This document shows positions 21,297-29,163 of a stretch of DNA of 33,430 nt, one piece after another; position 1 is the first letter of the stretch, and the number at the start of each line of letters is the position of its first letter. The notes below the pieces were generated by a model. It did not search any database. It worked only from the letters and a program-made list of their open reading frames with translations, and was not told the DNA's origin. Origin of the DNA: Acidimicrobiales bacterium (GTDB taxonomy: Bacteria; Actinomycetota; Acidimicrobiia; Acidimicrobiales; JBFJYB01); the NCBI GenBank assembly GCA_041622835.1, contig JBFJYB010000001.1, positions 1 to 33,430 of the forward strand, written 5' to 3'. The position numbers and the translations under genes are program-made.

Positions 21297-21320
21297 GCAC
21301 CGAGCTCCTCGACCGTCGGT

Positions 21321-22649
21321 TCACTCGGGCGTCGCCGTGCGGGGCTCGGCGAGGACGCCGTCCCAGTCGAGCCCGACGATCAGCTCCACCTCGCCGTCGA
21401 TCAGCTCGTCGACGGTCTCGATCTCGGCCTCGACCCCCAGCCAGCTCGCCAGCAGGCGCGCCGCGCTCCGACCTGGCTGGGTGGTGCGGATCACCGTGTC
21501 GGGTCGGCCGAAGGTGCCGGCGTCGCCGAACCCGACCACGTCGAAGCCGGCGGTGGCCAGCTCGTCGGCGACGGCCGCCCCCAGCCCCGAGGTCCCGGCC
21601 CCGTTGCTGACCAGCACCCGCACCGCCTCGGGTCGGGCGCCGCGGCCGGTGACGCCGCGGAAGACGTCGAACATGGCCGTGGCCTCGGGGCCTTCCTGGA
21701 GGCGCAGGACCTGCGAGCTGCCCAGCACGTCGTCGTAGACCGGCGGCACCATCAGCACGAGCGTGTCGGGCATGAAGGCCCGGAACCGATCACCCAGTCC
21801 GAGGATGTCGTTGGGCGTCAGCCGCTCGTCGACCACCAGGTGCTCGATCCCGACGTTGACCAGCTCGTTCCGCCGCCGGAAGTCACGCGCCCCCGTCGAC
21901 AGCGCCTGCTTCAGGACCGCGACCACGAACTCCTGCTGACGGTCGATCCTGGCCAGATCGGGCGTCACGTCGAGGTTCTGCCACTCACCGTCGACCCGCT
22001 GCTCCATGGCGCGCGACCGGACGTAGGCCAGCGCCTCGTCGGGGGTGAAGGTGTGCATCCCGGCCTGGTTGATCACCAGGCCGGTCCGGACGTCGCGGAC
22101 CGGGTTCTCGAGGAAGAGCGGCACGCCGCCCACCGTGTCGACCAGGTCGAGGAAGCCCTGGAAGTCGACCTGGAGGTAGTGGTTGACGGGGATGTCGAAG
22201 TTCTCCTCGATGGCCCGCACCAGCAGCTCGGGGCCCCCGATGGCGAGGGCGGCGTTGATTCGCTCCTCGTAGCGGGCATCGGGCAGCTCGACCACGAGGT
22301 CGCGGGGCAGCGACATGAGGTGCGCCTGGGTCGACGTGGGGTCGACCCGCAGCACCATCAGCGTGTCGGTGAGCTTGGTGTCGCCCCGGCCGATGACGAT
22401 GGCGCTGTCGGGGTCGAGGCCCTCGACCGAGTCGACGCCGATGAGAAGGAAGTTCAGTGGCTCGCCGGTCTGCACCTCCTCGCCGAGCACCGGGCCCAGG
22501 GCCACCCGGTTGAGCTTGTCCGCCTTGGACCCGGCAAAGTTCAAGGCGACGATCGCGAGCGCGCTCGACGCCGCCACGAGCACCCCGAGCAGGAGCAGGA
22601 ACCTTTGGGGCCAGGTGCGGCGCGACCGGAGTCGTCGGTGCGATGCCAT
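21321..22649 (-). CDS. LCP (LytR-CpsA-Psr) family glycopolymer-peptidoglycan ligase with LytR_C-type C-terminal domain
   Basis: ATG at 22649 (MASHRRLRSRRTWPQRFLLLLGVLVAASSALAIV, a TM anchor) lies inside track ORF 21321..22766. Motifs are NFLLIGVDS...DTLMVLRVDP...SLPRDL and a C-terminal VRVLVSNGAGTSGLGAAVADEL module. Confidence 0.88.
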   Translation of the reverse strand: MASHRRLRSRRTWPQRFLLLLGVLVAASSALAIVALNFAGSKADKLNRVALGPVLGEEVQTGEPLNFLLIGVDSVEGLDPDSAIVIGRGDTKLTDTLMVLRVDPTSTQAHLMSLPRDLVVELPDARYEERINAALAIGGPELLVRAIEENFDIPVNHYLQVDFQGFLDLVDTVGGVPLFLENPVRDVRTGLVINQAGMHTFTPDEALAYVRSRAMEQRVDGEWQNLDVTPDLARIDRQQEFVVAVLKQALSTGARDFRRRNELVNVGIEHLVVDERLTPNDILGLGDRFRAFMPDTLVLMVPPVYDDVLGSSQVLRLQEGPEATAMFDVFRGVTGRGARPEAVRVLVSNGAGTSGLGAAVADELATAGFDVVGFGDAGTFGRPDTVIRTTQPGRSAARLLASWLGVEAEIETVDELIDGEVELIVGLDWDGVLAEPRTATPE

Positions 22650-22711
22650 CGAGACGCCAACGCTACTGGGCTGTCCCCGCCGTTCGTGCCGCGGGCCGCG
22701 TCGACGGTCGC

Positions 22712-23557
22712 TCAGACCGACTCGGCGTCGCGCTCGAGCTCGACCAGCTCGAGGAAGGCGGCGCACAGCCGCGCTGCGACCGGACCGGGGGTGAAGGTCT
22801 GCTCGCCCAGGGCGGCGACCGGCACGACCCCGCGCGTCGTCGACGCTGCGACCACCTCGTCGGCGGCCTCGACCCGAGCGAGCGGGAAACGGCCGGTCCG
22901 GACCTCGATCCCCAGCATCCCGGCCACGTCGACGAGCGCCTCACGGGTTATCGAGCCCAACACTCCGAGGTCGAGCGACGGCAGCTCGAGCACCCCGTCG
23001 ACGATCCACCCGAGCGCGAAGGTCGGGCCCTCGAGGACCGTGCCGTCGGGTGAGACGAGCAGCGCGTCGTGGAAGCCGCCACGCTGGGCCTCGAGCGTGG
23101 CGGCCATGTTCGGCGCGTACGACGTGGTCTTGGCGCCGGTGAGCTCGGAGAAGTGCCCACCGGCGTGCCAGGGCGCAGATACCGGCAGGAAGCGGTAGGC
23201 GGGCGGGACGTCGTGGAGCTGCTCCCACAGGACGATGACTCGACCCGGGCTCTCGAAGAGCGGGTCGCGGCTGCCGGCGGTGACGATCACCCTCACGAAG
23301 CAGTCGCCGCCCGCACGGGCTTGCCGGCGGATCCACCCGCGGACCGCGTCCTCGTCGACCGGTGGCAGCTGGAGCTGGGCGAGGCTGCGCTGCAGGCGAG
23401 CGAGGTGCGGGTCCACCCGGAACGCCGAGCCGCCGTAGGACCGGAGCAGCTCGAAGGCTCCGTAGCCCCGCAGCAGGGCCCAGTCGAAGACCGAGATGAC
23501 CGCCTCGTCGTCACGGACGGGCTCACCGTCGACGAGCACTCGGGCGGCGGTGGTCAC
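22712..23557 (-). CDS. Fold-type IV PLP enzyme (class IV aminotransferase / aminodeoxychorismate-lyase-like)
   Basis: GTG at 23557 overlaps the upstream stop (GTGA). The protein is 281 aa. Motifs: SVFDWALLRGYGAFELLRSY, HLARLQRS, the candidate catalytic Lys in LTGAKTTSYAPNMAATLEAQRGGFHDALLV, then EGPTFALGWIV...LGSITRE. Specificity cannot be assigned. Confidence 0.8.
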   Translation of the reverse strand: MTTAARVLVDGEPVRDDEAVISVFDWALLRGYGAFELLRSYGGSAFRVDPHLARLQRSLAQLQLPPVDEDAVRGWIRRQARAGGDCFVRVIVTAGSRDPLFESPGRVIVLWEQLHDVPPAYRFLPVSAPWHAGGHFSELTGAKTTSYAPNMAATLEAQRGGFHDALLVSPDGTVLEGPTFALGWIVDGVLELPSLDLGVLGSITREALVDVAGMLGIEVRTGRFPLARVEAADEVVAASTTRGVVPVAALGEQTFTPGPVAARLCAAFLELVELERDAESV

Positions 23558-24408
23558 CGGACCGACGGGCCGGCCGCCTGAAGGCGGATCCGGGCCTCCT
23601 CGGCCCGCAGCATCTCGTAGATGTCGACGCAGGACGCCACGTGGTCCCGCCACCCCCCGGCCACCGGGAAGGACTCGACCGGTGGGGCGGGGTAGGGCTC
23701 TGGCTCGATCCCGGTGCTCTCGAGCACGGCGCGATACAGGTGACGATGGCGCCCGCCGAGGTTGTCGAGATCCAGGTCGGGCCGGGCCGGCCAGCTCAGC
23801 ATGGCCTGCTCGTAGCCCAGACCCAGCCGCTCGAGCGCCGCGGGGAACACCAGCTGAGGCTGATTTCGGAAGTCGGCGGCGTCGACGATGAAGTACGGGA
23901 TCTTCCGACGGCGACAGAGGTCGACCTGCGCCGCAAGCAGCTCCCACCCCGTCTCGACCAGCGGGAACCCCGGGTCCTCGCCGGCTTCGAGCTTCTTCGC
24001 CCGCCGCGACGCGATGCTGAGCCGGGGGTCGCGGATCAAGAAGGCGACCGGCCAGTCGGTCAGCCTGGTCAGGAGCTCGAAGTGGTCGCCCACCTGGTAC
24101 GGCATCTCCTTGACGACCAGGCCGGCGCGCTCGTGGGTCCAGTCGCCCTCGCCGAGATCGACGGGATCGGCGAGCTGCCCGCCGACGGCGTCGAGACCGG
24201 CGCCGTCGAAGTAGCAGATCTCGAAGGGCTCGTGGCTGTAGAACCGCACCGACGGCTCTCCCCACAGCACGCGGGCGAACGCGGTCGAGCTGCATCGGGG
24301 CGGCGAGACGATGACGCGGACGTCCGAGTAGCCGGCCAGCGCCCGGCGGATGGGCGCAGGGATCGCTCGCGGCCCACTGTGCTGGGTTCGGCGCGGAGGT
24401 CGAGACAT
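23554..24408 (-). CDS. Sulfotransferase-fold P-loop protein
   Basis: The ORF is 284 aa. A PAPS 5'-phosphosulfate-binding-type loop (VIVSPPRCSSTAFARVL) and a 3'-phosphate-type motif (FLIRDPRLSIASR) occur at the spacing expected for sulfotransferases. The gene is translationally coupled to the class IV aminotransferase gene. Confidence 0.7.
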   Translation of the reverse strand: MSRPPRRTQHSGPRAIPAPIRRALAGYSDVRVIVSPPRCSSTAFARVLWGEPSVRFYSHEPFEICYFDGAGLDAVGGQLADPVDLGEGDWTHERAGLVVKEMPYQVGDHFELLTRLTDWPVAFLIRDPRLSIASRRAKKLEAGEDPGFPLVETGWELLAAQVDLCRRRKIPYFIVDAADFRNQPQLVFPAALERLGLGYEQAMLSWPARPDLDLDNLGGRHRHLYRAVLESTGIEPEPYPAPPVESFPVAGGWRDHVASCVDIYEMLRAEEARIRLQAAGPSVR

Positions 24409-24520
24409 GTGGTGATCGCCCGCGTGCCAGCCCTTTGGCTACGAGGCGGGCGCCCGCATCGTAGCGTCCTGGCCACGCACGATCGGGCGACGCCGCGGTC
24501 GAAGGCCTCCCGGCTCGGCG

Positions 24521-25297
24521 TCAGGGCTCGGGGCGGAGATGGATGACGTCGCCGGCCGCCACCTCCACGTCTCCCTCGGAGGTGGCGATGACGAGATGTC
24601 CGGTGGGGCCGATCCCGGCGGCGGCGCCGATCACCGGACCGTCACCGATCTCGGCCCGTACCCGCCGTCCGAGGGTCGCCGACCGCTCGACGTAGCCGGC
24701 CCGCAGCTCCCCCACCCCACCGGCGCGAAGCCGCGAATACCACCCATCGAGCGCTCGCAGGTAGGCGACCAGCAGCTCGTGGCGGTCGACCGGTCGGCCG
24801 GCCTCGGCGGCGAGCGACGTGGCATCGAGATCGGGCGGATACCAGGTCAGGTTGCAGCCGACGCCGATCACCACTGCGGCGAGACGGTCGCCGTCGAGGA
24901 TCGAGTCCGCCAGGACACCCGCGAGCTTGACCGGCTTCCCGTCGCGCTCGACCACCAGGTCGTTCGGCCACTTGATCCTGGTGGCGACCCCCGCGACGGT
25001 CTCGCAGGCCTCGGCCAGCGCCAGTGCGGCAGCCGCCATCATCCAGTGCGCCACGGCCACCCCGATCTCGGGACGCACCAGCACCGACGCGAGCAGGGCC
25101 GAGCCCGGCGGTGCCTCCCACCGACGGTCGAGCCTCCCCCGCCCGGTCACCTGGTGGTCGGCGACGAGCACCGCTCCGTCGGGCGCGCCGCGGCGAGCGG
25201 CGGCGAGCAGATCGTCGTTGGTCGAGCCGGTCTCGGCCACCCACTCGACGCGACCGAAGCGCGTCCCGGCCAGCTCTCGGCTCACGCGGTCGGGCAT
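24521..25297 (-). CDS. birA: Biotin--[acetyl-CoA-carboxylase] ligase (group I, no N-terminal HTH)
   Basis: ATG at 25297 lies inside track ORF 24521..26806. Motifs are ETGSTNDDLLAAA, ADHQVTGRGRLDRRWEAPPGSALLASV and IKWPNDLV. The protein is 258 aa and starts directly with the catalytic domain. Confidence 0.9.
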   Translation of the reverse strand: MPDRVSRELAGTRFGRVEWVAETGSTNDDLLAAARRGAPDGAVLVADHQVTGRGRLDRRWEAPPGSALLASVLVRPEIGVAVAHWMMAAAALALAEACETVAGVATRIKWPNDLVVERDGKPVKLAGVLADSILDGDRLAAVVIGVGCNLTWYPPDLDATSLAAEAGRPVDRHELLVAYLRALDGWYSRLRAGGVGELRAGYVERSATLGRRVRAEIGDGPVIGAAAGIGPTGHLVIATSEGDVEVAAGDVIHLRPEP

Positions 25298-25369
25298 CGA
25301 CCACCACCTCCCCACGGCGGCACCTCGGCGCGTTGGCGTCCGACCCCCCGTTGTCTGCCACCATATGGC
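25298..25369. promoter_or_regulatory. Divergent intergenic region between birA and accA (promoters expected)
   Basis: This rests on geometry only: there is a 72-nt gap between back-to-back starts. No motif was called. Confidence 0.35.
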
Positions 25370-27109
25370 GTGCTCTCGAAGATCCTGATCGCCAACCGAG
25401 GCGAGATCGCGGTGCGGGTCATCCGCGCCTGCCGCGACCTCGGCATCCCGAGCGTGGCCGTCTACTCCGAGCTCGACGAGCACGCCCTGCACACCAAGCT
25501 CGCCGACGAGGCCTACGCACTGGGAGGGCAGACCGCCGCCGAGTCGTACCTCGACACCGATGCCATCCTCGACGCCATCGCCCGCAGTGGGGCCGACGGC
25601 GTGCACCCCGGATACGGCTTCTTCTCCGAGAACGCCGACTTCGCCAGGGCCATCACCGCCCGGGGGGTCACCTTCATCGGTCCGCCGCCGGAGGCGATCG
25701 AGATCATGGGCGACAAGCTCTCGTCCCGGGCCGCGGCCGAGCGGTCCGGCGTCTCCGGGGTCCCGGGCAGCGCCGACCTGGTCACCTCGCCGGACGAGGT
25801 GGCCGCGTTCGGCGCCGAGTTCGGGTACCCGCTGGCCATCAAGGCGGCCTACGGGGGCGGCGGTCGGGGAATGAAGGTGGTCGAGACCGAGGCGAGCATC
25901 GCCGCGTCGATGGAGTCGGCGAGGCGCGAGTCGCTGGCCTACTTCGGCCGCGACGAGCTGTACGTGGAGCGCTACCTCAGCAAGCCCCGTCACGTCGAGG
26001 TTCAGGTGCTGGCCGACACCCACGGGAACTGCGTGCACCTCGGGACGCGAGACTGCTCGGCCCAGCGACGGCACCAGAAGCTCATCGAGGAGGCGCCGGC
26101 ACCGGCCATCGCTCCCGACGTGCTGTCGGCGATGGGCCAAGCCGCCGTCGACGTCGCGACCGGGTGCGACTACGTCAACGCCGGCACCGTCGAGTTCCTC
26201 TACGAGAACGGCGAGTTCTACTACCTCGAGATGAACACCCGTCTCCAGGTGGAGCACCCGGTCACCGAGATGGTCACCGGCCTCGACCTCGTCGAGCAGC
26301 AGATCCGGGTCGCGTCGGGCGACGCCCTCGGCTTCGAGCAGGGTGACATCACCCTGCGCGGTCACGCCATCGAGGTCCGCATCAACGCCGAGGACCCGGC
26401 CGAGGGCGCGTTCTTGCCGTCTCCGGGGAAGATCACGGCCCTGACCATGCCCAACGGGTACGGCACGCGGTTCGACGCCGGGTACGAGAGCGGCGACGAG
26501 ATCAGCCAGTTCTACGACAACCTGCTCGGGAAGCTGATCTGCTGGGGCCCCGACCGCGATGCCGCCATCCGCCGGACCCGCCGAGCCCTCGACGAGCTGC
26601 GGGTCGAGGGGGTGGCGACGACCATCCCGGCCGACCAGGCGATCCTCGCCCATCCCGACTTCGCAGCCGTCGAGCACTCCACGAGGTGGGTCGAGGAGAT
26701 GCTCGACCTGACCGGCGTGGCGGCGAAGCCGCCGCCGCCGGTCGCCGACGACGAGGAGCGGATACGCCGTGAGATCGACGTCGAGGTCAACGGCAAGCGC
26801 TTCCACGTCGCCATGTGGGTGCCAGACCAGTCGAGCCAGCGGGCGGCGCGTCCTCGCCGCTCAGGGGTCGGCGCCGGGGCCCGCGGCGGTGGCGGCAGCG
26901 GCGACATCACCGTCCCCATGCAGGGAACGATCGTCAAGGTCCTGGTGGCGGTGGGCGACGAGGTCGAGGTCGGTCAGCCGGTGGTCGTGCTCGAGGCCAT
27001 GAAGATGGAGAACAACATCGGCGCCGACAAGGCCGGTCGGGTGAGCGAGGTGCGGGTGGCGCCGGGCGACACCGTGGGCGGCGGTGACGTCGTGGTCCGG
27101 ATCGAGTGA
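25370..27109 (+). CDS. accA: Acyl-CoA carboxylase alpha subunit (biotin carboxylase + biotin carboxyl carrier domain)
   Basis: GTG at 25370 (VLSKILIANRGEIAVRVIRACRDLGI) lies inside track ORF 24539..27109. The ATP-grasp region contains YPLAIKAAYGGGGRGMKVV, EMNTRLQVEHPVTE and a C-terminal biotinyl domain with VVLEAMKMEN. The protein is 579 aa. Confidence 0.95.
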   Translation: MLSKILIANRGEIAVRVIRACRDLGIPSVAVYSELDEHALHTKLADEAYALGGQTAAESYLDTDAILDAIARSGADGVHPGYGFFSENADFARAITARGVTFIGPPPEAIEIMGDKLSSRAAAERSGVSGVPGSADLVTSPDEVAAFGAEFGYPLAIKAAYGGGGRGMKVVETEASIAASMESARRESLAYFGRDELYVERYLSKPRHVEVQVLADTHGNCVHLGTRDCSAQRRHQKLIEEAPAPAIAPDVLSAMGQAAVDVATGCDYVNAGTVEFLYENGEFYYLEMNTRLQVEHPVTEMVTGLDLVEQQIRVASGDALGFEQGDITLRGHAIEVRINAEDPAEGAFLPSPGKITALTMPNGYGTRFDAGYESGDEISQFYDNLLGKLICWGPDRDAAIRRTRRALDELRVEGVATTIPADQAILAHPDFAAVEHSTRWVEEMLDLTGVAAKPPPPVADDEERIRREIDVEVNGKRFHVAMWVPDQSSQRAARPRRSGVGAGARGGGGSGDITVPMQGTIVKVLVAVGDEVEVGQPVVVLEAMKMENNIGADKAGRVSEVRVAPGDTVGGGDVVVRIE

Positions 27110-27122
27110 CGCGACCCGGTCG

Positions 27123-27632
27123 TCACGGCTGGCGCCAGTCCTCGCGGCCGGCGCCGACGTGCACGACGACGGTCCCCCCGACCCGGTCGGGGAGACCGCG
27201 CCTCGTGACCGGGTCGAGCACTGCGCTCAGGTAGATCGCCAGCGCCAAGAGCGGTCCGAAGAACTGTCCGAACACGAGCAGTGCGCTGGCCACGACGAGA
27301 CTGCGCCACAGCGCCCGCTCGACACGGGGGTTGGCGCCGGTGCGGAAGTCGGCGACCCGGATGCCGACCGCCAGCTTCCCGACGGTCTGGCCGCGCCATG
27401 CGACCATCGCCGTCTCGTAGGCGACGAAGGCGACGGTGATCACGATCGTCACCCACGCCGGCACCGTCACCTCGTCCCCCGAGCGCTCGGCGGTGGGGAT
27501 CCCGAGGGCCAGCCAGAGCGTCATCGGCACGATCAGGTAGTCGATGACGCGGGCGATCCCCCGCTGTGGCACCGAGGCCAGCACGTCGCCGGCCGGAGGA
27601 ACGCCATCGGCGGGGACCGGCTCCATCCTCAC
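27123..27632 (-). CDS. RDD-family membrane protein
   Basis: The sequence PQRGIARVIDYLIV, several TM helices and GLPDRVGGTVVV fit the RDD domain. The likely start is ATG 27626, with GGGAGG 5 nt upstream on the minus strand. GTG 27632 is the track start. Confidence 0.75.
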   Translation of the reverse strand: MRMEPVPADGVPPAGDVLASVPQRGIARVIDYLIVPMTLWLALGIPTAERSGDEVTVPAWVTIVITVAFVAYETAMVAWRGQTVGKLAVGIRVADFRTGANPRVERALWRSLVVASALLVFGQFFGPLLALAIYLSAVLDPVTRRGLPDRVGGTVVVHVGAGREDWRQP

Positions 27633-27690
27633 CTCCCGGACGCGGTTGTCGCCCGGGCGGGCCTGACGCAGGGAGCCGCCACCGCCGCGC

Positions 27691-29055
27691 TCACTCGGCG
27701 GCGTCGGTCAGGAGCTCCGCCAGCGTCGGGTGCACGAGCAGCGACTCGACCAGGTCGGTCACCGTCAGGCCGGCGTTCACCGCCAGCGCAATGACCGAGA
27801 TGAGCTCGGCGGCGTGGCGGCCGACGATCGAGCCGCCCAGGACCACGCCGGTGGCGGGATCGGAGACCAGCTTCACGAAGCCGCGAGGGTCGTCGTTGAT
27901 CAGCGCCTTGGCCGACACCGTGAACGGCACCTTGGTAACCCGGATCTTGCGACCGACGGCGAAGGCGTCGGCTTCGACCAGGCCGACGTCGGCGATCTCG
28001 GGCTCGGTGAAGATGGCCGATGCCGCCTTGTCGTAGTCGATGTGGCGGTGCGGCCGGTCGTGGTGGAGGCCCATGGCGTGCTCGGCGATCTTGCGGCCCT
28101 GCATGGCGGCGACCGACGAGAGGGGCAGCCGCCCCGAGAGGTCACCGGCCGCGTAGATGTGCGGGATCGAGGATCGGCAGTTGTGATCGACCTTGACATA
28201 GCCGTCCTCGGTGGCGACTCCCACCTGGTCGAGACCGAGGTTCTCGCTGTTCGGGACCGATCCGATGGCCAGCAGCGCATGCGACCCCGCGACGGTTCGA
28301 CCGTCGCTGCAGCGCACCCGCACCCCGCCGTCGAGCCGGTCGACCCCCTCCGCCCTCGCCCCCTTGAGCAGGTTCACGCCCCGGCGCAGGAAGTCGGCCT
28401 CGAGCGCCGCGGCCACCTCGGGGTCCTTCTGCGGGAGGACCTGCTGACGGCTCACGATCAAGGTGACGTCGGCGCCGAAGGACTTGAACATGTGCACGAA
28501 CTCGACCCCGGTGACGCCGGAGCCGATCACCACCAGGTGCTCGGGCATCTCCGGCGGCGGGTAGGCGTGGCGGGTCGTCAGCACACGCGTCGCGTCGACG
28601 TCGCACCAGTCGGGGATACGGGGGCGGCTGCCCGTGCTCAGCACGACGACGTCGGCCTCGAGCTCCCGCACGCCGTCGGCGGTGTCCACCACCACCTCGT
28701 TGGGGCCCTCCAGCCGGCCGGTCCCCTCGATGAGGTCGACCCCCTGGCTCATGAGGAGCTGGACGAGCGAGACGTGGAGCCGATCGACGATGCTGCCGAT
28801 GCGCTCGCGCAGCGCATCGACGTCGACGGCCGCGCTGAGCGACTGGAGGCCCATGCCCCGGGAGCGACTCAGGAACGACATCGCCCCGCCGGTCGCGATC
28901 ATGGCCTTGGACGGCACGCAATCCCACAGGTGGGCGGCGCCGCCGATGAGGTCGCGTTCGATCAAGGTGACCTCGGCGCCGTGGCGGGCCGCATGGGTGG
29001 CGCACTGGTTACCGGCCGGGCCTCCGCCGATTATCACCATCTTGGTGGAGGGCAT
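27691..29055 (-). CDS. lpdA: Pyridine nucleotide-disulfide oxidoreductase, LpdA-like (dihydrolipoamide-dehydrogenase fold, single active-site Cys)
   Basis: ATG at 29055, with ATG 29040 as an alternative, lies inside track ORF 27691..31155. Motifs are the FAD site VIIGGGPAG, GGAAHLWDCVPSK in place of the canonical GGxCxxxGCxPSK, the NAD site VVIGSGVTGVEF, and a C-terminal HPTLAE. Confidence 0.85.
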   Translation of the reverse strand: MPSTKMVIIGGGPAGNQCATHAARHGAEVTLIERDLIGGAAHLWDCVPSKAMIATGGAMSFLSRSRGMGLQSLSAAVDVDALRERIGSIVDRLHVSLVQLLMSQGVDLIEGTGRLEGPNEVVVDTADGVRELEADVVVLSTGSRPRIPDWCDVDATRVLTTRHAYPPPEMPEHLVVIGSGVTGVEFVHMFKSFGADVTLIVSRQQVLPQKDPEVAAALEADFLRRGVNLLKGARAEGVDRLDGGVRVRCSDGRTVAGSHALLAIGSVPNSENLGLDQVGVATEDGYVKVDHNCRSSIPHIYAAGDLSGRLPLSSVAAMQGRKIAEHAMGLHHDRPHRHIDYDKAASAIFTEPEIADVGLVEADAFAVGRKIRVTKVPFTVSAKALINDDPRGFVKLVSDPATGVVLGGSIVGRHAAELISVIALAVNAGLTVTDLVESLLVHPTLAELLTDAAE

Positions 29056-29163
29056 GGAGGTGCAGGGTAGTGCCGGCGGACGGCCCCACGTGGCTCCGGA
29101 CCGGGCTCCGAGCCGGGCCCCGACCCTGGGGCACGGGATGGAGGCGCTACGCTCCGCGCGGCG

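Noticed and set aside
24539-25369. N-terminal extensions of the accA ORF (24539..) and of the birA ORF (25298..26806), which mutually overlap
   Set aside because: Domain boundaries place the accA start at GTG 25370 (LSKILIANRGEIAV) and the birA start at ATG 25297. The extensions are antisense to each other's coding regions and are low complexity.
27106-27126. Hairpin GTGACG-n9-CGTCAC spanning both stop codons of convergent accA and the RDD gene
   Set aside because: The stem is only 6 bp in very GC-rich DNA and overlaps coding sequence on both sides. I cannot distinguish it from chance without a folding-energy comparison.
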